Positions 39,317 through 51,686 of a DNA stretch of 64,000 nucleotides are shown in pieces. Below the pieces are notes generated by a model. It was given only the letters and a program-made list of their open reading frames with translations, had not been told where the DNA came from and ran no database searches. The stretch comes from Chloroflexota bacterium (GTDB lineage Bacteria; Chloroflexota; UBA11872; VXOZ01), in the NCBI GenBank assembly GCA_963662335.2, contig CAXXVD010000001.1:1-64000 (forward strand). The letters are read 5' to 3'. Positions within the stretch are counted from its first letter, which is position 1. Each line of letters starts with the position of its first letter. Both the position numbers and the translations under genes were made by a program.

Positions 39317-40359
39317 GCCGCGGTGAAGCGCGCCGGGGTGACCGGCTTGCCGGTCTGCCAGGACTCGATTGCCGCCAACGCCACGGCCACCGTGTTCGCG
39401 CCTTCCCACACGTTGGTCAGCGGCGTCTCATGGTTGATTACGCATTGGTACACGTGGTCCGCCACGGCCGCGATCGGCTTGCCGCCCGGCGGTCGAAATG
39501 GCACCGGCCACGCTTCTTCCGCAAAGTCGTGCTCTCCAGCGGCAGACCGGAACTGCTTCTCTTGGTCGTGCCGGCCGCGCGCCCGCTCAACCGTGCCGCG
39601 CGTGCCGAAGAGCACCAGGTTGTGCATCGTTTCCCGCACCAGGCCGTACGAAGTCGTGCACTTGCCCACCGCGCCGTTGGCGAAACGCAGCGTGGCCACC
39701 ATGCAATCGGGAAACGGAAAGTCCGGCAGCGCCCGCCCCGCCGCCTCGCAGTGCACCCGCTCGACCTCGCCCACCAGCCAGCGCAGCATGTCCAACGAAT
39801 GCGAGCCGCCGCCGAGGATGGGGTAGTGCGAATGCTCGGTCTCGCCGCGCCAGACCGTGCGCTCGCGAATGAGGCGGGCCGTGTTGTGGAGATAGTCGGC
39901 CTCGGCGTAGTAGATCTCGCCCAGGCCGCCGTCCGCCAGATGTTGCTTAAGCGATTGATAGTAGGGATAGAACCGCAGCACCTGGTCCACCGCCAGCAAC
40001 TTCCCGGTCTCCTCAACCGCCTGAATCATGGCCTCACACTCTTGCAGCGAAATGCACATTGGCTTCTCGACTATGACGTGCTTGCCCGCGCGCAGGGCGG
40101 CCACCGCCATGGGCGCGTGCAGCGCGTGGGGCGTCGCGATTACCAAGAGGTCGAGTTCCGGGTCGGCCGCAATGTCGTCAAAATCCAGATAGCGGCGGGG
40201 TACCGCGTGTTCGCGACAGGCGGCCGTAAGCGCGTCCGGCTCTTTGGCGCAGACGGCGGCAACGTTGGTATGGGGGTGAGCGGCAAATGCCTCTACAAAT
40301 CTCCGGCCAACACCGAGACCCACAACCCCCACTTGCAACTCCGGGAGACGAGTGCCCAT
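39313..40359 (-). CDS. Gfo/Idh/MocA family oxidoreductase
   Basis: VGVVGLG, IATPHALH, GKHVIVEKP, GGGSHSLD. Confidence 0.92.
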   Translation of the reverse strand: MGTRLPELQVGVVGLGVGRRFVEAFAAHPHTNVAAVCAKEPDALTAACREHAVPRRYLDFDDIAADPELDLLVIATPHALHAPMAVAALRAGKHVIVEKPMCISLQECEAMIQAVEETGKLLAVDQVLRFYPYYQSLKQHLADGGLGEIYYAEADYLHNTARLIRERTVWRGETEHSHYPILGGGSHSLDMLRWLVGEVERVHCEAAGRALPDFPFPDCMVATLRFANGAVGKCTTSYGLVRETMHNLVLFGTRGTVERARGRHDQEKQFRSAAGEHDFAEEAWPVPFRPPGGKPIAAVADHVYQCVINHETPLTNVWEGANTVAVALAAIESWQTGKPVTPARFTAA

Positions 40360-40585
40360 GGCAGCAAACCTTTCGTGCACGGCCGTGTTGCTATTGCGCG
40401 CGTTTGCATTGCGCGGCGCTTCTCATTCTAGCGCATCCGGCCCAATGTCACGCACTGCCTGCAACCCCGTGTATTCAAGTGGGCGGACAGCGCCGGCACA
40501 TCCAGGCCCTCCTCTCCCGTGAGAAATTTGCAACTGTGCTATATTGTGGTCAGCACAGGCCGGTCAGCCGTAGCCAGAAACAGCT

Positions 40586-42208
40586 ATGTTCCACGAAGCG
40601 CTGCTTTCCATCGGGTTGCTTATCATCGTTGCCAAGCTCTCCGAAGGTGTCTTCCGACGCTTTCGGCTGAGTTCCATCGTAGCCTTTACCCTTACCGGCA
40701 TACTGTTGGGGCCCGCAACCGGCATCGTCGAGCCCACCAGCGAACTGGCAGTGCTCTTGGGAGTCGGCGTCTTCCTCTTCTTCTTCCTCATCGGCCTGGA
40801 CGAGATCGACATTTCCGGCTTCATCGCCACGCTCCGCGGCCGCTTCTTCATTGCGGCCATTGTATCGGTTGTTACGTCCTTGCTCTTCTCCCTCGCGGTC
40901 ACTTCCACGCTCTTCTTCGATCTTGGCCTGGGATTCACCTTCACCGAGGCGCTGACCCTCTCCGGGATTCTGGCGCTGTCCAGCCTCGGCCTCGTCGGCA
41001 AGGTACTGTCCGATGAAGACCATCTTCGCAAGCCGATCGGCATGCAAATCTTCATCACCGTGCTCATCGCCGAGTTGTTGGCCCTCTTGCTGGTGGGATT
41101 CACCATCGGCGAGCACGTGTCGGACTTCAGTCTTTTGGATGGGCTTATCTTGCTGGCCAAGATCATCGGCTTCGTCACGGTAACGTGGATCCTCTCCCGC
41201 CGGGTGGTTCCCCCGTTGCTCTTGCTGCTGCAGCGTTCGCTGCGGGTGTCCCAACTTTCCTTTGGATTGCTCATTGGCGGGGTGTTTCTCATGGTAGAGG
41301 CCGCTGAGTTGATGGGGCTGCACGGTACGTTGGGCGCGTTGCTCTTTGGCGCTGCCCTGTCCGGATTGCCGTATCAACTACGCCGGGACATCCTGCCCGG
41401 CGTGCGCAGCACTGCCGAGGGGTTGTTCGTGCCCCTCTTCTTCGCCTCTGCCGGGTTGCACCTGAGCCTCTCCTTCCTCGAATTGCCGCTCTTGACCGTC
41501 GCGGCGCTGATAGTTGTGCCGGTCTTTGGCAAGTTCGCCGGCGCATTCCTCGGCGCCTTTGCCGCCAGGTTGGAAACGCCGTTTGCGTTCGCCACCGGTC
41601 TGATGGCCAAGGGCGTGGCCGAAATCGCCCTCCTCTTGGTGCTGTACGAGACCGGCATGCTCGGCGAAGACATCTTCTCGTTGTTCGTGTTTCTCATGAT
41701 CATTTCCATTGTGATAACGCCGCCGGCGATCAACTTCGCCATCAACCGATCCAAGCCGTCGGAAGGGGTGTCGTTGCCCGAACCGTTGCCAGCTTCCCTG
41801 GCTCGTTTCGTGCTCGATGACATAACCGTCGGTGACATCCTCGACCGCGCGCGCACCTATCCCGATCCTGGGCTCTCGGTGCGGAGTTTCGTCGATCAGT
41901 GGATTCTCCCCCACCAGCACGACTACGTGATCGTGGACAAGGGAGACCTTGCGGGCATTGTGTCCTTGAGCATGCTGCGCTACCTCCCCAAGGAGTCATG
42001 GTCGGATACGCCCTTGGCGAACGTGGTGCGCCGCAAAACTCCGCAGGCCTGGCCCGACGAGCCGGTGGAAGACGTGCTCCAACGCATGTTGGAGAACTCG
42101 CTGACCATACTGCCGGTCCTGGATCGGGAGTCCGATGAGTTCCTGGGAGCGTTAACCAGCCAGGATGTGCTGGAACTCATCACCCTGGAGGCCCGGGGCG
42201 AGCACTGA
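40586..42208 (+). CDS. Cation:proton antiporter (CPA2/Kef-like) with C-terminal CBS pair
   Basis: GILLGP, FLIGL, LFVPLFFASAGL, AKGVAEI; CBS-like C-terminus. Confidence 0.88.
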   Translation: MFHEALLSIGLLIIVAKLSEGVFRRFRLSSIVAFTLTGILLGPATGIVEPTSELAVLLGVGVFLFFFLIGLDEIDISGFIATLRGRFFIAAIVSVVTSLLFSLAVTSTLFFDLGLGFTFTEALTLSGILALSSLGLVGKVLSDEDHLRKPIGMQIFITVLIAELLALLLVGFTIGEHVSDFSLLDGLILLAKIIGFVTVTWILSRRVVPPLLLLLQRSLRVSQLSFGLLIGGVFLMVEAAELMGLHGTLGALLFGAALSGLPYQLRRDILPGVRSTAEGLFVPLFFASAGLHLSLSFLELPLLTVAALIVVPVFGKFAGAFLGAFAARLETPFAFATGLMAKGVAEIALLLVLYETGMLGEDIFSLFVFLMIISIVITPPAINFAINRSKPSEGVSLPEPLPASLARFVLDDITVGDILDRARTYPDPGLSVRSFVDQWILPHQHDYVIVDKGDLAGIVSLSMLRYLPKESWSDTPLANVVRRKTPQAWPDEPVEDVLQRMLENSLTILPVLDRESDEFLGALTSQDVLELITLEARGEH

Positions 42209-42326
42209 CGGCCCGGAGTGTAACGTTAGCGAATCCGGCGGAAGGATCTCACCCGCGTGGAATCTGCTACCATGGGGCGAGACGTGAAAGCAAATCTAGC
42301 GTAAACCGATAGGAAACAGGTAGTCC

Positions 42327-43505
42327 ATGAGCGTCGCCGCTGAATCCCAAGTCCAAGAAGCCGCGGAGTTGCTGTCCGCGCTCGTCCGCATTCCCAGCAT
42401 GAATCCGGCTTTCATGGCCGACGGCTCCGGCGGTGAGCGCGGAGTTGCCGACTTCGTGGAGTCCCAGTTGCGGGAACTCGGCTTGGAGACGGCGCAACAT
42501 GAGGTGCTGCCCGGCCGGCCGAATGTCTTTGGCCGCCTGCGCGTGCCCAATTCACGGGGCCTCCTGCTCTTCGAGTGCCACATGGATACGGTGGGCATCG
42601 ACACCTGGGGGCCGGAGGCCCTCGAACCTCGTTTGGAGGGAACCACGCTCCACGGGCGCGGCTCCTGCGACGCCAAGGGCTGCCTGGCGGGTATGCTCTT
42701 GGCGGTGCGCGAACTGGCGCAAGAGCGCGAGCAACTTGCCGTAGACATCGGCGTGCTGGGCGTGGTGGATGAGGAGTACCGCTTCCGGGGCATCCAGGGC
42801 TTCATCGAACAGGGAATCGACGTTACGGCCGCCGTGATCGGCGAGCCGACCGAACTGGGCCTGGTCACCGCCACCAAGGGCGCGGTGCGCTTTACCCTGC
42901 AAACCAAGGGCCGCCCGGCCCACAGCAGCCAGCCCCACAAGGGCAACAACGCCATCTACCAGATGGTCGAGGTCATTCAACACCTGCGGGAGACGCTGGA
43001 CCCGCGCTTTGCGGTGCGCTTGCACTCGCTGGTGGGCTATCCCACGTGGGCGATCGGCATCATCCACGGCGGCCACGCCGCCAACGTCATCCCTGAGACC
43101 TGCCAGATTGTGGTGGATCGACGCATCATCCCGGGCGAGACCTCAGAGGGAGCAATCGAGGAGTTTGAGGAAGCCATCCGGGAACTGGCCGCGGACAAGC
43201 CCGATCTGCATCCCAGCGTTGCGTCACGAGACCTGGCCGACTGGCCGCTGGACACGGCGGCGGATGAGGAAGTCGTGCAGGCCGCCATGCGCGCGCTCCA
43301 GGCCCACGACCGCCCGCCGGAACCCCAGGGCGTTACCTACGGCACCGACGCCAGCAAACTGCAAGTGAAGGCCGGCGTGCCCTGCATCGTCTTCGGCCCC
43401 GGCGACATCGGCTACGCCCACACCGACCACGAACGCATCGAACTCAGCGAGGTAGCCGAAAGCGCCGCAATCTACGCCCAAATCGCCCGCGAGTTCAGGC
43501 CCTAA
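42327..43505 (+). CDS. M20 metallopeptidase (ArgE/DapE-like deacylase)
   Basis: HMDTV, GRGSCDAKG, DEE, GEPT, AHSSQP..GNNAI, AHT. Confidence 0.9.
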   Translation: MSVAAESQVQEAAELLSALVRIPSMNPAFMADGSGGERGVADFVESQLRELGLETAQHEVLPGRPNVFGRLRVPNSRGLLLFECHMDTVGIDTWGPEALEPRLEGTTLHGRGSCDAKGCLAGMLLAVRELAQEREQLAVDIGVLGVVDEEYRFRGIQGFIEQGIDVTAAVIGEPTELGLVTATKGAVRFTLQTKGRPAHSSQPHKGNNAIYQMVEVIQHLRETLDPRFAVRLHSLVGYPTWAIGIIHGGHAANVIPETCQIVVDRRIIPGETSEGAIEEFEEAIRELAADKPDLHPSVASRDLADWPLDTAADEEVVQAAMRALQAHDRPPEPQGVTYGTDASKLQVKAGVPCIVFGPGDIGYAHTDHERIELSEVAESAAIYAQIAREFRP

Positions 43506-43521
43506 GCCTGGTGGGCCACGC

Positions 43522-44301
43522 CTACGTTTCAAGTTGCGGCGGCGGCAGAAGCTGCTCGACGTGCGTCATGGCGGCGTCCACGTGGCGCTTGCCGTCGTGC
43601 AGGCTGAAGCTCACGTGGCCGGGGAAGAATTGCGTGAACTCAAGCGCCGCGAACCGCCGCACGGTGGCGATGGATTCTTCCAGGGAGCAATCCCAGATGT
43701 TCTGCAGCAGGATGCGGCCGCCAAAGAAGAGCGCGTCACCGCTGAAGAGGGCGCGGGTTGCGCTGCCTTCGCGATGAGCGCCGCCTTCGCCTCCCGCACA
43801 GCCGTCAACCAGATACGCCAGGTGGCCCCGGCTATGCCCGTCGGCCTTTACCGCGGTCACCGTGAGCGCGCCCACGCGCATGACGGCGCCGTCCGCCGCT
43901 CCGGTTGCGGACGCCACCGGCCGCAAGCGGTTTTCCAGCGGATACATGCCGGTCTGCCGCGCGGCCACCAGGCTCGCGGCCTCTTCATCGCCGCTTTCCA
44001 GCCAGCCGGCCACGTCATGCGAAGCGATGATCTCAGCGCCACAAAGCTGTTGTAACTCCGCCGCGCCGCCGGCGTGGTCCAGGTGCAGATGGGTAATGAA
44101 GATATTCGCGATGTTGCCTGGCGAGAAACCGGCCTTCTCGATCTCCGCCACGATTGCCGGCACATCCCGGCCCACGCCGGTATCGATCAGGGCCAGTTCC
44201 GTACCGCCGTCCAGCAGGTAGACGTGGCAATCCAGCGGGTGCGTGAGGCTAAAGCCGTTCTGCCCGCTGCCAACCAGATGCACGGTATCCGTGAGTTGCA
44301 T
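43522..44301 (-). CDS. MBL-fold metallo-hydrolase
   Basis: LIDTG, THLHLDHAGG, GHSRGH, FSGD, PGH. Confidence 0.9.
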   Translation of the reverse strand: MQLTDTVHLVGSGQNGFSLTHPLDCHVYLLDGGTELALIDTGVGRDVPAIVAEIEKAGFSPGNIANIFITHLHLDHAGGAAELQQLCGAEIIASHDVAGWLESGDEEAASLVAARQTGMYPLENRLRPVASATGAADGAVMRVGALTVTAVKADGHSRGHLAYLVDGCAGGEGGAHREGSATRALFSGDALFFGGRILLQNIWDCSLEESIATVRRFAALEFTQFFPGHVSFSLHDGKRHVDAAMTHVEQLLPPPQLET

Positions 44302-44324
44302 GAGGTCACTCCTCGCGGCAGCGG

Positions 44325-44828
44325 CTAGCGGCGGATGAGGCGGAAGAGCACGTAGCAGAGGCCGATCACTAGGCCGCAAATGGCCGCGCCGCGCGTGTCG
44401 AGCAGGGTATTGACGTTGCCGTTCACCCGGCCGCCGACCACCACCACGCTCGCCACCTGCTCGGCCTCGATCTGGCCGCCGACGATCCACTGCGAGACCG
44501 AGTAGTTGGTGTCCACGCTGCCGCCGAGCACCAACCACGTGGCGCCTTCGGTCACGCTGACTTCATGGCCGGCGGCGACACCCGTCAACCCCTGTTGCAG
44601 CGAGGCGGCCTCGGCCTGCACGACCCCGGTGGCCGTGTTCTGCATGTCGATGTCATCCGCCACCACGTGCCGCACGAGGCTGTTGGTGATCTGGAAGCGC
44701 TCATCCACGCCCGGCGCGCCGCCGGCCGCTTCCCGCGCGCCGTCTTCAAGCGCTTCCCGCACGTCGTCGTCCGCAACGTCATTGCCTGCCGCCGTCCGCT
44801 CCGGTTGCACCTCTGAAGACCCCATCAT
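44325..44828 (-). CDS. Hypothetical protein with 15-residue beta-solenoid-like repeats and C-terminal membrane anchor
   Basis: Periodic sequence followed by GNVNTLLD and a hydrophobic helix ending in RR. Confidence 0.65.
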   Translation of the reverse strand: MMGSSEVQPERTAAGNDVADDDVREALEDGAREAAGGAPGVDERFQITNSLVRHVVADDIDMQNTATGVVQAEAASLQQGLTGVAAGHEVSVTEGATWLVLGGSVDTNYSVSQWIVGGQIEAEQVASVVVVGGRVNGNVNTLLDTRGAAICGLVIGLCYVLFRLIRR

Positions 44829-44935
44829 CGGCACCTCTTCTTCTCGGTAGTTGCACTTGCCGCCGCGCTCGCCCTATCCTTGCGCCCGCCGCGTACACTC
44901 TATGATAGCAGCCCGCACAAGGCAGTGGCAGCCCG

Positions 44936-46099
44936 CTATTCGGCGGCGCGGGCGCAGTCCATCACCCGCTTCACCGGCACGCCGGCCGCTTGCGCTACCC
45001 GCAGGCAGTCCTCGTACTCCGGGCTGCGGTTCACCACCGCGCCGCGCCAGAGCGCCGCCTTGCGCCGCACCGTTCCCCAGGGCGTCTCCACGCGCTCCGT
45101 GCGCCGCTCCAGCTTGACGCGCTCCACGCGGTGAAGCCGCACGCCAATGGTCGTGGTCTCGCGAAAGATCACGTCCAGCAGCGGCGTGTGGTCCGCGGCT
45201 TCGGTCAACACGCTAAGCACGTGCCCCGGCCGGCCCTTCTTCATTTGCACCGGGGTCACGGTCACGTCCAGCGCGCCGGCCGCGAAGAGTTGCGCGGACA
45301 CGTGGCCGTACATCTGCGGGTTCATATCGTCGATGGTCGTTTCGATCACCGTTGCCATACCCGGCGCGCCCGCGTCGGAATCCTCGCCAATGATGAGGCG
45401 CAGGACGTTCGGAATGGCGGTGTCGCGCGCGCCCGCGCCGTAGCCGATGCGTTCCACGCGCATGGGCGGGATCGGACCGAATGCCGCCGCCAGTTCGCTC
45501 AGCAAGAGCGCGCCGGTCGGCGTGAGCGTCTCCCCCATGTCCGCCGTGGCGTAGACCGGCTTGTCCCGCATCAAGTCCAGCGTCGCCGGACCCGGAATCG
45601 GCCACCAGCCGTGGCGCGTCTGGATGGGTGAACCACCGCCGACGTTTACGGGCGAGCAGACGACGCGCTGGATGCCGAGCGCCTTGAGGCCCGCGACCGC
45701 GCCGACCACGTCCAAGATAGAATCGACCGCTCCGACTTCATGGAAGTGCACCGCTTCCGGCGCGACGCCGTGCATGCGCCCCTCCACTTCCGCCAAGCGC
45801 GTGAAGAGCCGGGCGCTCGTTGCCGCCACGTCCGCGTCCAGGCTGCTTGCCTCCAGCAGGCGCAGGATGTCGTGGAGATTTCTTTCAACGGTGTGTTCGT
45901 CCGCGTCGATCTCGATATGCACCTGGCGGGCGCGGAGCAGACCCTTCCGCACCTCTTCCTGCCGCACGGCATAGCCGCCGAGCGGTAGCTTGGCAAAGAT
46001 GGCCTGGAGCGCCTCGAACGGCCAGCCCCCGTCCACCAGCGCGCCCAGCAGCATGTCGCCGGCAGCGCCGGCGAAGCAGTCGAAGTAGGCGATTTTCAT
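44936..46099 (-). CDS. larC: Nickel-pincer cofactor nickel insertase LarC
   Basis: AYFDCFAGAAGDMLLGAL, VHFHEVGAVDSI, TPTGA, MKKGRPG, ETTTIGVR, PEYED. Confidence 0.95.
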   Translation of the reverse strand: MKIAYFDCFAGAAGDMLLGALVDGGWPFEALQAIFAKLPLGGYAVRQEEVRKGLLRARQVHIEIDADEHTVERNLHDILRLLEASSLDADVAATSARLFTRLAEVEGRMHGVAPEAVHFHEVGAVDSILDVVGAVAGLKALGIQRVVCSPVNVGGGSPIQTRHGWWPIPGPATLDLMRDKPVYATADMGETLTPTGALLLSELAAAFGPIPPMRVERIGYGAGARDTAIPNVLRLIIGEDSDAGAPGMATVIETTIDDMNPQMYGHVSAQLFAAGALDVTVTPVQMKKGRPGHVLSVLTEAADHTPLLDVIFRETTTIGVRLHRVERVKLERRTERVETPWGTVRRKAALWRGAVVNRSPEYEDCLRVAQAAGVPVKRVMDCARAAE

Positions 46100-46107
46100 T
46101 GCCGCTC

Positions 46108-46890
46108 CTACGCGCCGCCGTTTGCGGCCTGGCGGCAGATCAAGCCGGCCATGTAGCCGGCGCCAAAGCCATTGTCGATGTTCACCACGGCCAAGCCGGG
46201 CGCGCAGCTATTCAGCATGGTGAGGAGCGGCGCCACGCCGCCGAGCGACGCGCCGTAACCGACGCTGGTGGGTACGGCGATCACCGGACACTCGACGAGA
46301 CCGGCCAGCACGCTCGGCAAGGCGCCCTCCATGCCGGCCACAGCCACCACGGCGCGCGCCTGCTGCACCGTTTCGAGATTCAGCAGGAGCCGGTGCAGGC
46401 CCGCCACGCCCACGTCCGTAAGGCGGTCCACGCGGCACCCCATGAGTTCCGCCGTTAGGCTGGCCTCGGCGGCCACCGGCAGGTCGGCGGTGCCCGCCGC
46501 AACGACGGCGACCCGACTCTGGGCAGGGGATTCCGCGACGCGGCGCTCTTCGCCTTTGACGCGCACCACGATGGCGCGCGCGTCTTCATGGTACGCCGCC
46601 GCCGGAATTCGTGCCCGCACCGCCGCGTAGAGTTCCGGTGTGGCGCGGGTGGCGAGGACGGTCTGCTCCTGCGCCAACAACTCCTCGGCAATGCGCACCA
46701 CGTGCGCCGGCTCCTTGCCGGGACAGTAGATGACCTCCGGAAAGCCGACGCGCAATTGGCGTTGGGCGTCGACCTTGGCGAAGCCCAGGTCCTCGTACGG
46801 CGCGAGCCGGATGCGGCGCACGACGTGCTCTACGTCTACGGCGCCGCGTTGCAGGTCATCCAGCAGCGTGCGCAATGTGTTCGTATCCAT
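46108..46890 (-). CDS. larB: Nickel-pincer cofactor biosynthesis carboxylase LarB
   Basis: GFPEVIYCPGK, AGTADLPVAAEA, DVGVAGLHR, AGMEGAL, PTSVGYG, VVNIDNGFGA. Confidence 0.95.
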   Translation of the reverse strand: MDTNTLRTLLDDLQRGAVDVEHVVRRIRLAPYEDLGFAKVDAQRQLRVGFPEVIYCPGKEPAHVVRIAEELLAQEQTVLATRATPELYAAVRARIPAAAYHEDARAIVVRVKGEERRVAESPAQSRVAVVAAGTADLPVAAEASLTAELMGCRVDRLTDVGVAGLHRLLLNLETVQQARAVVAVAGMEGALPSVLAGLVECPVIAVPTSVGYGASLGGVAPLLTMLNSCAPGLAVVNIDNGFGAGYMAGLICRQAANGGA

Positions 46891-46961
46891 AGGCGAAGGC
46901 CAAGAACTCCGATAGCGGCAGAAGGCTATTTCACGGCAGTGAGCGGCAGCGCGCGCGCTTC

Positions 46962-49138
<2,177 letters not shown>

Positions 49139-49224
49139 TCGGCTCGTTCCTCTTTGTCGCGTTCTCTACTCAAGTCTATTTGGGTCCCGCCAACCGGCAA
49201 AACCATGCAGGTTGCAAACCCGCG

Positions 49225-49851
49225 CTACCGGATTAGCGCCAGCGCCTCGTTACGCGCCTCGATGATCTGCTCATAGGCGGGGAGCCGGGCGCGCATTGCA
49301 CTCACAACCTCTGGGTCCTTGATGAAGTTCAGACTCGAGCGAATGGTAGCCGCGCTCCCTTGCAGCGCCGCTTCCGCCAGGAGCACCGCCATGATAGCAT
49401 CCGCCACGAGATTGGCGTTGCCGTGCCGGGCGAGCCACACGGCGTGGCCGCATATGTCAGCGCACTGGTCGCAAATCTCGAATAGCACCTCGGTAGCGTC
49501 CACCGAGGCCGTCTGAATCTGCGCCGAGCGCGCGACGCGCTCCGCCGCCGTGGCACGGGGCATAGCGAATCCCGCGCCCACCGCGCCATAGGCGTCGATG
49601 TCGCGTTGCACCAGCGCCTCCAGGGCCTTGCGGGACTCGTCGAGTTGCCCCAGGCGCTCCTCAACTTCCGCGGCGACGGCCGCGTACTTCTTGCTGCCGC
49701 GCGTGAAGTTGGCGACCATCGCTCCCAAGGCGGCGGCCAGCGCGCCCACCAGCGCCGCCGCGCTGCCGCCGCCGGGCGTCGGCTCGCCAGCGGCCAGGGC
49801 TCCCACGTACGCCTGGATGCTTTGCTCCGTGATCAACGCGCCCTTACCCAT
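49225..49851 (-). CDS. fchA: Methenyltetrahydrofolate cyclohydrolase / FTCD C-terminal family
   Basis: PTPGGGSAAAL, MVANFT, GNANLVAD. Confidence 0.85.
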   Translation of the reverse strand: MGKGALITEQSIQAYVGALAAGEPTPGGGSAAALVGALAAALGAMVANFTRGSKKYAAVAAEVEERLGQLDESRKALEALVQRDIDAYGAVGAGFAMPRATAAERVARSAQIQTASVDATEVLFEICDQCADICGHAVWLARHGNANLVADAIMAVLLAEAALQGSAATIRSSLNFIKDPEVVSAMRARLPAYEQIIEARNEALALIR

Positions 49852-49866
49852 TCCGGCTGTCTCCGC

Positions 49867-50526
49867 CTATGCCTCGCTCCACCACAACGAGGGTATCACA
49901 CCCGCGACGTGCACCCGGTTCCGCTCCACGCGCACCCGCTCCTCGGCAAACCACTGCACGACCCGGGGCAAGAGGCGGTGCTCCTGCGCCAAGATGCGCC
50001 CGGCCAGTGATGCCACGGTGTCGTCCGCGAGCACCGGCACGGCGGCCTGCGCGATGATCGGGCCGGCGTCCACCTCGTCCGTCGCCAGGTGCACCGTGCA
50101 CCCGGCAATCTTCACCCCGGCTGCCAGGGCGTCCTGCTGCGGCTTGGGGTTGATCCCGCCGGCAAATGCCGGCAGCAGGGAGGGATGAATGTTGATGATG
50201 CGCTGCGGATAGGCACGCACCCAGTCCGCGGAAAGAATGCGGTCGAAGCCGGCCAGCACGATCAGTTCCGCGCCGTGCTGCTGGACGATGGCCAACATCG
50301 CCTGCTGCTGGGCCTGGCGCGATGCAAAGTCCCGCCTGACCGCTATATGCGTCGCAACGCGGGCCGCGCGCGCCCTTTCAATGCCCGGCGCGTCCGCGTG
50401 GTTGCTAATGACGGCGACGATTTCCGCATCCAGGCGATCCGCCCGAATCGCGTCGATGAGCGCCTGCAAGTTGCTGCCGCGTCCGGAAATCAGCACGGCC
50501 ACGCGCAAGGCGTTTTCTCTGGCCAC
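49867..50526 (-). CDS. purN: Phosphoribosylglycinamide formyltransferase
   Basis: VLISGRGSNLQA, LAGF, INIHPSLLP, GCTVH..DEVDAGPII. Confidence 0.97.
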   Translation of the reverse strand: MARENALRVAVLISGRGSNLQALIDAIRADRLDAEIVAVISNHADAPGIERARAARVATHIAVRRDFASRQAQQQAMLAIVQQHGAELIVLAGFDRILSADWVRAYPQRIINIHPSLLPAFAGGINPKPQQDALAAGVKIAGCTVHLATDEVDAGPIIAQAAVPVLADDTVASLAGRILAQEHRLLPRVVQWFAEERVRVERNRVHVAGVIPSLWWSEA

Positions 50527-50558
50527 GTCGGTGAATTGCCTTCCTATAGACGCGCACG

Positions 50559-51590
50559 TCACCGCTCTATGACGACGCGCGGCTCGCCGTCGCACTCCTC
50601 AATCACCCCGATGCGGCAAAGCGCCGGTTCCAGATTCAGGGCGCGTGCCGCATCTTCTTCACCGCAGATTATCACGAAGCCGACGCCCATGTTGAAGACG
50701 CGGCACATCTCAGTGAACTCCACGCGCCCGCGCTCCTGAATGAGGTGGAAGAGCGGCGGCACAGGCCACGCCCCCCATTTTAGGCGCGCTTGCGTTCCCG
50801 GCGGCAGGACCCGGGGGATGTTGTCCACCAGGCCGCCGCCCGTAATATGCGCCATGCCCTTTACGTCAATTCGCGCCAGCAGGCGTTGCACCGGCTGCAA
50901 GTAACTGGGATGCACGGCCAGCAGGGCGTCGGCGAGGGTTGTACCCAGGGACGGCGCTGCGGTTTCAAGCGAATCCTCCGCAAAGACGCGGCGCGCCAGC
51001 GAATAACCGTTCGTCTGCAAGCCGTTGCTGGGCAGGGCCAACACCGCGTCTCCCGGCGCGATACGTTCTCCGCTCACGATCCGCGCCCGCTCCACCACGC
51101 CCACGATCGTGCCGGCAAGGTCGAAGTCAGCGCCCGCGTAGAGGTCGGGCATCTCCGCCAGTTCACCGCCCAGCAGCGCGCAGCCGGCCGCCGTGCATGC
51201 CGCCGCCGCGCCCGCGACGACGTCCCGCATCGCTTCCGGCTCAAGCCGGCCCACACCGACGTAATCCAGGAAGAAGAGCGGCCGCGCGCCCAGGGTGAGA
51301 ATGTCGTTGACGCAGTGGTTGACGAGGTCTTGGCCGATCGTATCGAAACGCCGCAACTGCGTCGCGAGCTTTACTTTAGTTCCCACGCCGTCGGCGCTGG
51401 CCACCAGCACCGGCTCCTTATAGTGCGCGGGAAAGCGAAAGAGACCGCCAAAGCTGCCGATTCCGGTGAGCACCTCGGGCCCGTGGGTTGCCTCCACGTG
51501 CGGGGTGAAGAGGCGCACCGCCTCGGCGCCGGCGTCGATGTCTACACCGGCTTGGCGATACGTCGCGGGCGGGGACTGTGCTCTAGCCAT
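50559..51590 (-). CDS. purM: AIR synthetase
   Basis: YRQAGVDI, DGVGTK, PLFFLDY, HITGGG, VFNMGVG. Confidence 0.97.
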   Translation of the reverse strand: MARAQSPPATYRQAGVDIDAGAEAVRLFTPHVEATHGPEVLTGIGSFGGLFRFPAHYKEPVLVASADGVGTKVKLATQLRRFDTIGQDLVNHCVNDILTLGARPLFFLDYVGVGRLEPEAMRDVVAGAAAACTAAGCALLGGELAEMPDLYAGADFDLAGTIVGVVERARIVSGERIAPGDAVLALPSNGLQTNGYSLARRVFAEDSLETAAPSLGTTLADALLAVHPSYLQPVQRLLARIDVKGMAHITGGGLVDNIPRVLPPGTQARLKWGAWPVPPLFHLIQERGRVEFTEMCRVFNMGVGFVIICGEEDAARALNLEPALCRIGVIEECDGEPRVVIER

Positions 51591-51686
51591 AGGCCTGATA
51601 CCGCCGCTCACCGCACGCCGCGCCCGCGCGCCGCGCCAGGTCCACGGCCGCGCCTGGCTTATCTCCCACGCCGTTCGCAGCCGCGG

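Noticed and set aside
46108-46890. LarB acting as PurE because it lies near the pur genes
   Set aside because: It has the LarB-specific N-terminus and motifs and is coupled to larC; purE is probably elsewhere
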